64,000 nt of DNA from Chrysomallon squamiferum (Eukaryota > Animalia > Mollusca): contig CM022670.1 in the NCBI GenBank assembly GCA_012295275.1, forward strand, positions 8,928,001-8,992,000. The letters run 5' to 3'. The position numbers were made by a program, and so were the translations under genes. Below, piece after piece: positions 26,418 to 55,650 of the stretch (the stretch's first letter is position 1; the number at the start of each line of letters is the position of its first letter). The notes under the pieces were generated by a model, which did not search any database, was not told the DNA's origin, and saw only the letters and a program-made list of their open reading frames with translations.

Positions 26418-27099
26418 AAAATTAACCAAAACCGTCAAAAAGAAATATTTATTTTATTTTAATGTTATTTAAAAACAGTAGCGTAAAATACCTGACAGTT
26501 CACTCGGTTAGAAATCATCATTAACTAACAGTTTGAAGAAGAATTAATACAACACTGGATTAGCTGAAACCTGTCACGTTGTTGTTGACAAGGTTGTTTA
26601 CTTACATCTGTATTATCGTTAAAACACCCGCACGCCCTCAGTGTACTGGATGTTGACAAAAGCAGCGCTGTGCACTGAAGCGAATACGACGAAATACCAG
26701 GTCTCCCAGTTTCTCTGTGTCCTTCTAACACATTTATGCCAAGGGTCATCAGTGTATTTTCACCTGCCACATGTGTCCAGTTGCCTTAATGTTAAGGAAT
26801 TTTCTCGAAATTTAACCAAAATGTTATTTATTTTAGATTTTTATTTTTTTTATTTTGTTTTGATTGGATTTGATGGGTTAATGTTTTCTTTTTCTTGTCT
26901 TTTTCTTCTTTATTCTGTTTTTAAAAAATGTTCAGTTATTGTTATTATCCGACTAAAGACTAAACAGTTAATAATGATAATCTCTAGATCTTTACAATGC
27001 ACTTATACGAAATAATTGTTTTGGGAGGAACGTTTAATATCACGCTTATTTTATTGCTTGTCCCATCCTGGTTGCGTTCGAGTGTGTAAGTGTGATGTA

Positions 27100-28985
27100 T
27101 AATGCGTATCTGCAAAAAATTGTTCAAGGACGAGCTAAATTCTGTGTCATGTTAACGGCTGGGGACTGTTTGCTGCGTCACTCTTTAACTAGGTGTGATA
27201 TAACTCAGTGAATACACCATCCAAAACAAATCTACGAGATCAGATATAGCTTACTGTCAACGGCTGTATGAGCTTTTTTTATCACAATTTGTCAGAGATG
27301 AGGTGTGGTAATAATTTATTATCAAAGAATCAACGAGTTTGAATATCAAAGTATGAATAATTGTTTGTTGGGAGGATTTTTTGTTGTTTTCTTTTTTAAT
27401 GATTTGACTGAGGTGAACGAGGTGTTATGATAATTTGTTATAACAGGATGTAAGAGTTTTATCGTAATATGTCGAAAGATGAAATTTTTTTATTGTTTTT
27501 TACTTTTAAAAAGAATGAACGAGCATGAATTTATTATCAAAAAAAAAAAAAAAAAAAAAAAAAAATTATCATAATTCATTGTCCAAAAATGCATGAGACC
27601 ATGTAATATGTCATTTATGAATAATTTTTGTAATAATCTGTTATGAAAGAATGGGTGTGTTTTGTCTGATTTTGCTGTCAAAGCTTGTACCAGATTTGTC
27701 AGGTTTTTTTTTTTTTTTTTTTTTTTAATGAATTTTGTAATAACTAGTTTTGAAAATTCATTTTCTAAACTTGTAGGAGCAACAGCTGGAACAGGACAGA
27801 GATCTTTGATTGGAGCTTTTATTGGATCGGGAAATGCCTAAGTAGACAAACCGCTGACCCTAAAAGCGATTTGTGCGAGGTCAGTGCATGTCCAGTCGTC
27901 TGAACTCGACTGTGGAGAAACAATCTTATCTTTTATTTATTATTAAAATGACAGTATAAGTAACTAAATAAATGGCAGTAAAAAAAATAAAATAATAATA
28001 ATAACAACTTAATAAAATAACAACAGAAGCAGCGGTGGTTCATGGATCATAATGGTAAAAAAAAAATATTAATAATAAACAAAAATAAATTCAAAAATCA
28101 AATAAAAAAGCTCTGTATATACTGAGATGCAACAAAGGATACTGTTACCAGAGGTCAGTATCGTTTTCAATATTAAAAATCACAGTAAAAAAAAAAAAAA
28201 AAAAAAAAAATCGTATCAATCATTTTAAAGGAAAAGTTTTCAACTGAAGCAAACTGAATCGCTGTAAAAGACGAATTCTGCTTAGCAAATGTATGGCTTA
28301 CAGCGGCGTTGACATAACATATAGATGTCCACGGTAATTAACTGACAAAAAGGAATTAATTTTGTCACAGCACTGCTGATTCAAATTACACTCACTCCTG
28401 CTTGTGCAACGGCGCGTGAAAATAATATTAGAATTTCGCATCGTTTTACTGATGAGAGCAAAAATAGATCCAGATTTCGTGTGCAGTCGGTGTACATGGG
28501 TTTTGATACATGCATAAAAATAGTTGAAGACAACGGTGATATTGTTCGTGTATGACATAAGCTGATGCGAGTACTGTTAAAGCTTTGCGCTCACTGGGTA
28601 ACTTTGGGTGATAAACAGCTTGCACGCTTAGTTACATATTCATATCACTCCGATTTATCGACATTAAAATGTATAATGCTCGTGTACAGTTTCCGCCGTA
28701 CGGTTTATGAACTTAATAACATGCTAAATAATACCGTGCGATTTTTCAGTCGTAAAACTACGTTCTCTACCATTGGCTTAGCGATTTCAAAACAGAATGC
28801 TGTAATCAAGAAATCCGCAAGTCCTTAAAGCTCGAACCATCTGTACTAAAGTTTCCTGACTCCGCAACGTATGTGATGACGTCACGACTCGGCTTGCGAA
28901 GCATTAAAATGGCGTTTTCTGATTTTTCGTAAACAGTATTGTTCTGTTGTTATATTTTGTTACGAATGATGGTACGTCGCCACAA
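27100..28985 (+). mobile_element. Fragmented Tc1/mariner-family transposase fossil
   Basis: Colinear degenerate motifs read by eye, with frameshifts and stops: RA..MLTAG (about 27140), QDR..LLDR..QTA..VSA.PV..RL (27790-27925), LTPA..AR (about 28392), IVFTDESK (about 28440), IFQ (about 28741), SP..EHL (about 28820-28842), VNS..NDGT (about 28930-28975). These resemble RAIGMLxAG / QDRYI / VLFTDES / FQQDNA / SPDLNPIEHLW / NGGHTRY. Confidence 0.6.
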
Positions 28986-30949
28986 AATAATAAACGTTAA
29001 AGCATAAAGAACTTTATTAAACCATTAATTAGTATCACCACAAGTACATTTAATTATATAACATCCTACGTGAATTAATGGCTTACAATTGTATTATGTG
29101 TTAGTTCGCTTTAAAAATACATTCTTTATTACATAATTTATCACTGTTTAAAGCAATAATTATATTATTCCATAGATGTTTTCCACTCTAAAACTACATA
29201 TCTTTAACACAATTATCGTTTATTTTTTTAATTATGCACTGTAACTATTCTGTGTCAAAACATACAGTTTTTTTTCATAACGTAGGTTATTTGAAATCAT
29301 TTAGTGAACGCATACCTTTAGATCTCTCTAAATTATCAGTGCAGAAATGCTGTGAATTGCACCACCAGAAACATGCATATCGAAAAAGTCGACTTTGCAG
29401 TTAGGTGACATTGCCCTGACATTGAACTAACATACTTCCATAACACACTAACACACTTACTATAAATATATAATTTTTTTTTTTTTTAATCTTTTGTTTA
29501 GTGTATTACAGTAATAAAATATCTGAAACTTTAATACATTTTTGGTAACTGCAATCCCCCAGCACCGCGATGTAAACATTACATCGTGTCTGTTGTCACA
29601 CACACTGCCTCTCATATTTATCCAAAGAAGTAATAATCACGATGACGACGACGAAAACACCAAGAGCAACAGCAACAACAACAACAACAACAACAACAAT
29701 AATAATAATAATAATAACAAAAATAATATTAATAAATATAATAAAAATAATAATAATAATAGTAAATATAATTAATAATAAGAAGAAGAAGAAGAACAAT
29801 TAATAATAATAATAATAAATATAATTAATAATAATAATAATGATAATAATGATAACAACAATAATAATAATAAATATAATTAATAATAATAATAATGATG
29901 ATAATGATAACAACAATAATAATAATAAATATAATTAATAACAATAATAATAATAAATATAATTAATAATAATAATAATATAATGGTACTGATGATGACA
30001 ACACCAACGCCAATACAAGAACAATAACAATAGTGATGATGATCATCATGAGTAGAAAACCTTGGTGTTGATGGTGTTGGTAATGATGATGTGGGAGTTT
30101 TGATTTGTGTACTGGTGATAGTGACAAAAATGATTCTGACAACAGGTTGTAGTGTGGTTACAAATAAATGTTCTTTTCCTGCAGTATATGTAATTATTTG
30201 AATAAAACTTGCAAATCAACAACAACAAAAACAAACAAACAAATAAATAGAGTAAAATAAAATAAAACAAAAATAATAACCCAATATACTGAATAAACAC
30301 AAAATTATACAAGGCATGTAGAAAAATCAAGTAACAGAATGTAAATTTGTTATCCCAGCAACGAGTTATATACCGCCAACTCATCACATATAGAAAGGAT
30401 TAATAGCTTTTATATGAAATTTTTAATCAGACATTAGATTTTTGAATTCTTTTGTTTTTTCTAAAAAACATTTTTTACATTCTTTAATAAACTTACCGTT
30501 CTTCTCCCAAAGTTGCCCTTGATAACAGCTAATAACGTCAAACAACTGTTGATTTAAGATAAATGGTGAATTTCTTCTCTTCCGTTTTCGCTGCAAAAAC
30601 CTTTATCTGCTTCTGCGTTTGGCGATATTAGATTGAGTATTGTGAAATTTTTCTTTTTACGTAGGTCGCAACAATTATTTAATAACAATAGGAAATTTAA
30701 TACATTGCCTCAGATTTTCACATCAGGACAGCATGCTGCACCTTTCAACACAAAGCGGGTTCAAGAAGTTTCACGTGTACTCTAAACTACAATAATTATC
30801 ACACAGAAGACTTTAATACTGCACTCATGATTTTGTTTATAGGCACAAAAGATTATTTCTGTTGAAAAAAAAAAAAGAAGGAAAAAAAGAATTCTGCAGA
30901 TATGTTTAATATTTGGAACAAATTTATTAATTAGCTAATGGTTTAACGA

Positions 30950-31012
30950 CACTTTAACACTTCTTTAGTGTTTATTTTATTCGTAATATATATATATACT
31001 TACACACACGCA

Positions 31013-31056
<44 letters not shown>

Positions 31057-31270
31057 TTATAGAAAAAGAATTACGCCAGACAAGAAACCCGATGACATTG
31101 CTTTCATCAGTAAGCAGCAAGGGATCTTTTACATGAATTAACTTTAGACAAGACATCACGTACCATGCTTTTTGTTGTGACAGTGGTGGAAATGCAAATA
31201 GCATTGTACTGAAAACAGACCCGTCACTCATCCCGCTTCTCACTACTGCTCTAACCACTGAACTATAACA
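30950..31270. mobile_element. Degenerate SINE-like interspersed repeat (second copy)
   Basis: gtttaacgacac...agcagcaagggatcttttacatg...gacaagacatcacgtaccatg...ctctaaccactgaacta; shares its core with the 24.1 kb copy. Confidence 0.45.
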
Positions 31271-31308
31271 TTATCTGATTATTTGTTGTTACTGGAGTTT
31301 GTAATAAA

Positions 31309-31342
<34 letters not shown>

Positions 31343-31370
31343 GTATTAATGTTAACAATAATAATAATAA

Positions 31371-31424
<54 letters not shown>

Positions 31425-31854
31425 CTTCAATAATCATAATAATAACAGCAGGAATAGTAATAATGATAATAATAATGATCATAATAATAACAACAGCATA
31501 ATATAATAATAATAATAATAATAATACGAGTAGTAATAGCAGCGGTATTTCTTGAGCAGAGTTTATTGTAAAGTTACTTTAAAGATGGAGGACTGATGTT
31601 CGGGAAGGGTCACAATTTCCGTGCTTGCTATGGGCGCCCCTGAGTAGCAGTAAAAAAGACAAAACTGCATAGTCAGTATAATCTACTTTACTGCACACAA
31701 GTATTAAACTACACTTCCTCCGCAACCTATCTAAATCCATCCATCTATCCATCTCTCTGTTTAATTATCCTTTCTTTCTTTATTATTTCTTATTTTCCCC
31801 TCTACTCTTTCTCTCGTGATGGTATCTTCATCATTGTATCAGTATCTGTCGCTC

Positions 31855-31891
<37 letters not shown>

Positions 31892-32932
31892 ATATGTTTG
31901 TCTACATGTTTCTATTCATTCAGAAAAGTTAATTATAATATTGTGTTTTATTTCGAGATTCACATTGAGTCGTGCATAAAAGATATTATTATTACTGTTA
32001 TTATTATTATTATTTATTATTATTATTATCGTTATTATTATTATTATTATTATTATTATTGTTACTAAATTATATTACAACTACTATTATTATTATTACA
32101 ATAATAAGAATAATAAAATAATAATAACATAAACACATAAACTTGCATTAAAATAAATAATTTTTGAAGCTCAACATAATTATCACTAATAATGTTAAAA
32201 TTTTCGTTTTGTAATTTCTGTTTATTGACGTATTATCTGGTCGTCATGATTACTTAGTAAATACAAATCTTCAGAAGTTTATAATTTCATTTCTATTTGT
32301 TTGTTTTTTCTTAAAGTAAAGCGCCCTTCGTCCCTCTCGGTGCCTTGAATAGAATTATTTATTTCGCAATCTTCTTTAGAGGTGAGTGACCCTAGCTGAG
32401 TAAGTGGATCTATATAAAAATACGATCGGATGAAAGGAATATCGAATAACGATAGTGTTATAAAATAATGAAAGAAGGTTTTCGGCTGATGGACAGACAA
32501 CACGACCAGGCTTAAAGGACGACCTCTGCAATCTAACAGGTGAAATGTAAATAGGAATAAGGGTGCAAAGGTCACAAACATACTCTCGAATTTCAGTTAT
32601 TATATATATACGTTGCTATATATTTCTTTGGGTATTATTATATATACATATCTGTATCTATCTATATCAATATCTATATCTGTATATATATGTATGGGTG
32701 TATGTATGTGTGTATATGTATGTATATGTATGTGTGTTGTATGTTTGTACATATATGTATATGTATATATATGTATGTATGTATGTGTATGTGTTGTATG
32801 TATGTAAGTATGTACATATATGTATATGTATGCACACGCACGCACATATATATGTATGTATATGTAAATGTGTGCAAGTGTATAGGTATATACACACACA
32901 CATATATTCATATGTGTGTGTAAGAGTATACA

Positions 32933-32967
<35 letters not shown>

Positions 32968-33695
32968 GCACATACATACATACAGAGAGATATACATACA
33001 GATCACGCATATATGCATAAATATATTCATATACATATCTGCATATAAGTTCACAGAATGGCAGATAAAGTAACAATTAAAAAACAAACAGCAAGTATTC
33101 GAAAGTAAAACACAGATCACAAATCTTGTAATTCTTTACTAATACTTTAACCTACAAAAGTTCTTTCAAAATTGCTTTTAAGTTTATTACATGAGATCTT
33201 GTATCTGTCAAAACGATGAAAAGATCTAATCCTTTTCCCCAAAAGACTACGTAGCAGAAAATAATAAAATTATCACCAGTATCAGTTTCATGGCATTTGT
33301 TACAAAATGTGTTTTTCAGATAATATTGTTACTGCGCCATATCAGTCATCACAAAGTGACACAAAATCTGCATTTCTTTTCGATTTAGATTTACGGTATC
33401 TTGTCATCATTAAAACGATAAAGAGAAGACAGGATTATTATGGGTATCAAGATGGTGTTAAAATTTCATATCAGGGTATACTGAAGTGTAAGGAACGTGC
33501 GTGTTAAAACTGAAAAAGTCATGTAATAAATATGAAACAGGTGTGGAGGTTTATCATCATCATACTCTATGTACCCTTACTGCTGCTGCTGTTATTTCTA
33601 CTGACGCTAATGTTACTACCATTACTTCTTCTACTATTACTACTACTACTGCTACTACTAGTATTAATAATAATAATAATAACAGTAGGAGTAGC

Positions 33696-33735
<40 letters not shown>

Positions 33736-34133
33736 CCAGCAGCAGGTGAAGTAACAGTAGTAATAAAGTAATAAACAAAATAAATAAAGAAATATTAGAT
33801 CCTCTGGCGTTTTTTTATTTATTTATTTATTTATTTATTTACTTATTTATTTATTTTAATATTATCATTATATTATATGAACCGAAGTTATATAGATAAC
33901 AAATAAAACAGTAAAACTGCTTCGTTATTTTTCTTAGAGGAAAATAACGAAAATAAAATACATCCCATTTAAAAATGTCTAATAATGATTTTAGTTTTAG
34001 CAAATTTCCGGCGAATGGAAAGTAACAGAAAGAGTGAAATAAAAAAAAAACGTATAATTTTCTCTTTTTGTATACACAAAATGAGTCTTTAAAAAATTAT
34101 TTCATTAAATAGAGATAAAAATTAACACACACC

Positions 34134-34187
<54 letters not shown>

Positions 34188-35874
34188 ACAATAGTAACAA
34201 CATACAACAATACTATCTTTTCCATACAGTTATTTCTAATAATCTCTATCACAGATAGGTAACAACAGTTCCGATTCTAACATCTAGTGGCAGTCCTCCT
34301 TTGACTTAGCTCTTTATGGACTGACGAAACATTATATGAACGCATATCAAGTTCGTTTTGAACACTGCTTTTGTTAATTCCTTCGTATGGTAAAACATAT
34401 TCAAAACATTTAGGCTTCGTACATAACAAATAGATTTTTTAACTTACCAATATTTAACTATAAACAGTTTGCATATTTTCTATGCTTCTGTTACAGTTGT
34501 CGGAACTTTAGCAGTTTAAAATATATTACTTTTTTGACGATTATTGTCTTCTTTCCTTTTTTCTTTATTTAATGAGATCGTTAATTTTTTTATATTAATT
34601 ATTACCGGTTTAACAAATTTTGTTAATATATTTAATTTTAACTTTCAGTAGTTTTTCATAATTTTTTTTTTTCTACGCAGACAGAAATGGAAGAGGAGTA
34701 ATTACAAATATGTAAATTTTGCAGATTTTAATACTTTTCTTCACACATGCAGCATGTTTTGAGCTGTAGAATCGATAATGTGTATATAACTCAAAAAAAA
34801 AAAAAAAAAAAAAATTATAAATAACAATAGCATTAATAAAAACAGTAATAATATTAATAACAATAACAAAATGTTTACCTTTCTTCATGCAGTCGTATGT
34901 TTCACTAATTTTTTATCTTCAGACTCCAAGACTTCTTTTCTTCTCCCGAGCCGAGTGAAAGATCTGCTTGTCTGTAAAGAATTACTTCCCTTTATGAGAT
35001 CTTTTCTGTGCTAGGACTGCTCTTGTTTACGACTTTAAAGCGTGTGCAGTAGCGTGACAGCTGAGACGAAGAGAAATAACTCTTGCGTAATTGTATTAGA
35101 AGATTAAAGAAGAAAGATAAGAAGAGTTGTACTTCCGCGAATAAATATTTTATATAACTTATGTTAATATTAAAACAAATAAACTAGCTAATAGGTAAGT
35201 AATTAACTAATAAACAAACAAACAAACAAACAAATAAATCAATAAATAAATAAATAAATAAATAAATAAAATTCAACATTTAAATTAAATAATAGATTTT
35301 TACATTCTTTCTTTTTCTTTTTTCTTCACTTATTTATTTCTTAAATTTTATTTCAACAGATGTTCTTTAATTCGTATTCTGTTTTGCCAGTTCTGTTGGC
35401 TCTCTCTCTCTCTCCACCACCCCCCACCTAACTAGGTTACCTAAATATCTGTTACAAGTAATCTTTTTAAAAACAACATATTTTTATTTTTTAAACTGTT
35501 GCTGTCACATGTGACCCAAAACCTATTTAAACATTTCAGCACACATGCACACTCATTTAAAACGTAACCATATCCGTTCAGGATTAAACAAATAACAACA
35601 CAGCACGCAATAACTGGACAAAGAGTTGTTTATAAACTCTTTTTTATTTATCTCAGATTTAACATCATTTTTAGAATATTCATAATGTGAGAAGTAAATC
35701 TATAGTTTTGTTTACTTCACGAAAGATAATAAATTTTACATGTTTTATGTACACGTTATAAATTTACGGCAGAACAAAAAAATGACTAAATACATCTACA
35801 TAAACATTTTGAAAATTACTGTTATTGTTACATTTTTAATTTTTGCATACTGAAACATACTTTTATGTACTAGA

Positions 35875-35910
<36 letters not shown>

Positions 35911-35965
35911 TTTGGCAAAGCATTATTATTTTTTTTTTTATTGAATTTCTATTTTTATTTTAAAT

Positions 35966-35996
<31 letters not shown>

Positions 35997-37000
35997 TTAT
36001 TTTTAAATTATATTTATTTATTATTTTTTATGTTATTATATTTATTTTTTTTGTTTTTATTATATTTTTTTATTTTGAGTTAAAGGAGAAATTAGAGGTA
36101 TGTTTCACGTAAGTATTAAATTAATAATAACAACAATAATAATAATAATTATTATTATTATTATCATTATTGTTGCTCTTGTCGTCGTTGTCATTGTTGT
36201 TATTATTAGTATTAGTAGTAGTAGTAGTTGTTGTTGTAATAGTAGTAGTAGTACTAATAGTAGTAGTAGTATTTCATAAGTAATCTTGTTGTGAGAGTGG
36301 AATATATATGAATACACAAATAATTAAAATGTTTTGATATTATTACACTATGATGAATGTTAGCTATTAACTGTTGCAAATTCTAGTAATACTATTTGTT
36401 AGTTCTTCTTCTTCTACTTCTTTTTATTTTCTTCTTCTTCTTCTTCTTCTTCTACTACTACTACTACTACTTCTACTATTACTGCTGTTTCTGCTACTAC
36501 TACTACTTCTTCTTCTTCTTCTTTTCATTATTATTATTATATATTATCATCATCATCGTCATCATCATCATCAACATTATTACGTATATTAAAAAATTGT
36601 AGTTTTTCTCATATATGTTTTTTTTTTTTTTTTAGAAAGAACATCTATAAAGCACAGGTTATTAAATTAATATGTTATTATAAAATACAAATTAAATACA
36701 AGCACACATCTACGAAAACACGCTTATATGGACATACGACCAAACATACACAAATGTACGTGTTACATTCTTCTTTAGCAAATGAACTGATCTTTATTTA
36801 CACTTTGGACACAGTCTACGGCATATGAGGATATTTATATACAATAATTAACATAATTATAACAAGATGGTGGATTTACAATAAGGTACATAAATATAAA
36901 ATTTACACAATATCAGACAGAGAAATTTAAAAAAAAAATAAATCAATAAAAAAATTATGATTAAACTACAAAATACAGCAAAGGCCTAAATATCAACACG

Positions 37001-37284
37001 ATATAATTTCATAAAAACATGTTTACTCACTTAGTTCACGAAATTCAACACTGATATACAAAACAAACGCTGACAAACAAAATCTACATTCATGTTAATT
37101 TCTCCTTCAAACAACTGTTACATCATAAAATATAATTTCATAAAAACATGTTTACGCACTTAATTCATGAAATTCTACACTCATATACAAAACAAACGCT
37201 GACATACAAAATATACGCTGTTGTTAAATTCTTTTTCACAGAATTGTTACGTCATAAAATATAATTTGACAGAAACATGTTTAC
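37001..37284. repeat. 129-bp tandem repeat (about 2.2 copies)
   Basis: Unit atataatttcataaaaacatgtttac.cactta.ttca.gaaattc.acact.atatacaaaacaaacgctgaca... starts at 37001, 37130 and 37259. Confidence 0.88.
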
Positions 37285-38759
37285 ATGAAATTTTGAACCA
37301 GCCTAGCTGTTGAAATGTTTTCATGTTTTGTTTCTGTATTTGACTTTATTGTAAAAGTGACAAAGCCGGTTTATTAACGGGTTGTTTTACTGTTAGTTTA
37401 GTTTATAAAAATAAATTCAAGATATTTATTTTATTTTACTTTATTTTATTTATTTATTTATTTATTTCATTTCATTTTATTTTTATTTACTATTATACTT
37501 TTTTCACATTAGAAATGACTACCTGATGATCATATTCAGTAATAATAAAAACAACAATAATCATCATCATCATCCACATCATCATCATGATTATTATTAT
37601 TATTATTATCATCATTATAACAATAGTAACAGCAGTAATGATGATTATGATAATAATCAACTGTAATAATAAAAGATAGTTGATGACTGATATCTCCTGT
37701 GGTTTTCATGGTGATTTGGCGATTATGTTTCTCTTTCTAGATATTTTATTTTTTATTGAGTTTCCTCAGTTTGTACATTTTGTCTTCCATGGTTATAATC
37801 ATAAATATTACACTTTACAAAGATTCAGTTTACTCTCTTGAATGAACCATCAATATCTACCTGTCTTAAACATTTTAATTAAAAGTTTTAAGTATATCAA
37901 GTTGTACTTGCACTCGTTTCAAACCCATTAATTTCGTAGAAAACTTCACTTAAGCGCTTAACCAACAAAAACAGGAATTCTAGGTCAGCAAACACAGATT
38001 TATTTTTATTTTTATTTTTTATTTTTTATTTTTGTTACCAGTCAGAGACCTTGACCCTTTATTTCACCGCAATTGTCATTCAGCGCCGTGATGTCTTCAA
38101 ACCAGCAGTCTTCAATACAACAGTGTGCCTGCCTCCTGCTGAAAGCGTATAGCAAAAGCAAACACGAGTTTCAAACAATAAGAATCGCACACGGTAGCGC
38201 TATGATGTAGGTCGTACACCTGTTTTCGTTTTGCTCTGCTGGTCAGAACTCTAGCAGCGTTCCACTAAATCTGTTTGTTTATAAAGTTTGTCACTTCTTG
38301 TGTGTGTGTCTCCTCTCGTAACGTCTTGTTTAACATTACGAAACAGGCAGAGAGAGACTGATGTGGATCAAGCAAAACACGCGGCGACAATAACAGTGCA
38401 ATGCAATGCAAAGATATACAAAAAATATTTACTAACCTCATCAAGATAAGATTTTCAGTTTAAAATCGGGCGAGTCGAAACTTATTCTCCTCATTCAGTA
38501 ATATAAACATTTCTGTAGTACATCTATTTTCCTCCCCGACTTCTTTTTAAAAAAAAAAAATTTTTGTTTTTAATATATAATTTATTATCTTGCTCATTCG
38601 ACCGTGGCGATTTCTCACGGATGCTTGGTCGTGTTTGGTGATTTAATACCTCAGACGCGATTTCACAACGGATTCGCGTGGATCCCGGATAAACAGTAAA
38701 AGTCGTCGACTGAGAGGAACGCGAGATTCCAGACCGAGGCGACATTGATCAGTTGGACG

Positions 38760-53074
<14,315 letters not shown>

Positions 53075-54876
53075 AAACGTTAATTAACAATCGTTTATAA
53101 TGATTATTGTTGTTTTGTTACGACGGAACAAAAAAAAAAAAATAATGTTCTCAGTATTCTCTGTTAATATTTGTTATATAAACAGGATGTTATTTAAAGC
53201 TTTAACTTGAAGGATATTTCTTTTTTTAACATGTTCAAATTCACAGATCAATGTATATAACCAAGTGGAAACCCTAAATGTGACAATAACAGGACTTAAA
53301 GAGAGCAATGCATTCAATAGCAATGGAATCGATTTACACTGTAAATAAGTGCATCAACTTTACGTTGGAAGAAAATTTAGAATAATATCATTCAGGTGCT
53401 GGTGTTCTTTTAATGTATTTGCCCAGAAATTGTTATCTATAAACATCTATTACAAACCATAACGATTCTGTAGTTTTTATATATATTTATTTCTTTACTA
53501 AACAAAATATTTTAATGAAACAGAAAGTAACAGGAATGTGATACCAAATTATTCTCCTTCACTTTAACACTAAAATCTTGGTTGTTCGGGTCACAGAAAT
53601 ATGTTTGCATAAAATTAGACATATCGAGCTTAAAATAAACATTCAGATTTTTGAATATTAACTAAGAAATTATGCCTTTTAAATTTTTATCAGAAAATGA
53701 TGATATGCAAAATAACAATATATATATATATATAAATAAATAATAATAATATGTGCATTAATAATAATTATTTTATTTGTAAGTAGCTTCGTAGACGTCC
53801 TTTTTTATTTTTTATTTTTTTTTTGTTTGTTTGTTTGTTTTGTTGTTGTTTATTTCGTTGCTGGTTTTTTAGTTGTTTTACACGGTTTCTTAACGCGCTA
53901 AGATTCAACACCAAGACACTTCTCCATATTACATTACACAGGGAAATCTTACGACTCTGCCTATACACTTTAACCTGAAACCAACCCAAAGAAACAACCC
54001 CATTAATTACCATCCGAAGCGTGTGTGTGTTACAGGTCACTGTACTTTAAACAGGTGTCACCATCCATTCACTGAATACCTGGATTTAATACGTGTCACA
54101 GTAGTAGAAAGACTTAACTCAGTAAAATGCTTTAATCTGTGTGACCTTTCACGTTTGCCTTCCAGTTCTAAAGGTGCCGGCTAAAACCCGGAGAATAGAA
54201 CTGATTTAAGGATCAATCCCTCACCCTACTTGTGTTTTAGTTATTAGGTTATCAGACACATTTATATATTTTTTTTTTCTTATTATTATTTTTTTTTTTA
54301 TTTATTTATTTTTTTTTTTTTTTTTTTTTTTTTTGTATAACGGGAAATCAATTAACTGAAAGGATCATTTCATGTGATTACTTTAAAATGAAAAAAAAAA
54401 AAGAAGAAAAAAGAAATTAAGAAAGAAAGAAGTCTAATTTCTACGAATCTTTGATAAACCAGATATGAAGCACTGTCATGAACGGGAAACAGACCAACAG
54501 ATGCGCTAGCGAAGATTAATTCTGATCTTTACTTTCCAAAGCCTGAATCATCATCCCTGAACTTTAGTCCGATTCGTTTCTTTTTGTGGTATATGTAATT
54601 TTCATAAAATAATGCATATTTATTTGTATTAGTGTATGTTTGAATGCATGCATGAATGAAACATAATCATGCAAGCTGATAAATGTTATTAACAAATTCA
54701 TAAAATTGTGACATTTCAGTAATAACGATAACAACAACAATTTACAAAACAAACCTAACCCGAGAAATGAATCGCCGTAAACAAAAGCAGAACGTAGTTC
54801 GTTTATTACGTCACAATTGCGGAAACTAGCTGATTGTGTGGGTACTTATAATAATAATAATAATATATTTTTATTA

Positions 54877-54916
<40 letters not shown>

Positions 54917-55539
54917 TATTATTAAGAAATTAATTAAATTTATGAGCCCATTTAAACATTTCTTTAATTCAGCTAAGGCAATTTTAATTAAAATTAATAT
55001 TTGTTTAACAGATATACATAATAAAATTTAAATATTTTTATTAACACATAAAAATTAAATAAATATAATAATAAAATAAATTCCTTCCGCTTTTTAATTC
55101 AGTGTCATAAATACCAGTAATTAATAAAGGCTGATAAATAAGTTACAACATGTCATTAACTGTGACTAAATAAGGATATATAATCCCCAAAACAAGGCTA
55201 CCTTAATCATTTTCATAATGATTATAGCTAACAAACATTTAACACGCGATCAAATGACCGGTTCTCGGTCAGTAAATATGAAACAATCTCGAGAATTCAC
55301 GTTAGGCACGATATCCGGGCTGCTAGTGAAAGTAGAGCGAAGGACTGTTTACCAGTTGAACTGTAGTCAATGACGCCAGAAGTCTATGACGGTCGCAAAG
55401 TCGTTTGTGAAAGAACACATTCCGGGATTTCTTGATATAGGTATCACTAAGTATACTCCGTAATTCGGTTATAACACCTTTTAAAAATAATTCAGCAATT
55501 TCGTAGCAGAATGCATTAAATGCTATAATATAAAACGAT

Positions 55540-55650
55540 TAAGGATTATAATTCTACGGGGCGGGGATTAACCAGTCGACTCGATTTCTCGAACGTGTTA
55601 TTTGATGACGGAAACTGAAACTAGAAAGATAATTCAGTATTTGATAGGTA
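55540..55650 (+). promoter_or_regulatory. Candidate promoter of the ankyrin gene
   Basis: CpG-enriched patch with a GC box (ggggcgggg, about 55558-55566) and a CGGAA ETS-like site (about 55609). Downstream is a plausible 23-nt UTR exon 56464-56486 (tttag|...|gtaagt) and the acceptor at 56961. Confidence 0.35.

Noticed and set aside
27777-27930. Apparent terminal exon after ttgtag (EQQLEQDRDL*)
   Set aside because: Better explained as part of the Tc1 N-terminal DNA-binding region fossil.
28870-28975. Stand-alone housekeeping promoter or new gene suggested by CRE plus YY1 motifs and a donor-like gtacgt
   Set aside because: Lies within the apparent Tc1 transposase remnant. The ATG gives only MAFSDFS*, and no downstream coding exons were found.
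37001-37284. Direct repeats considered as a CRISPR-like array
   Set aside because: Eukaryotic context, contiguous 129-bp degenerate units and no unique spacers.
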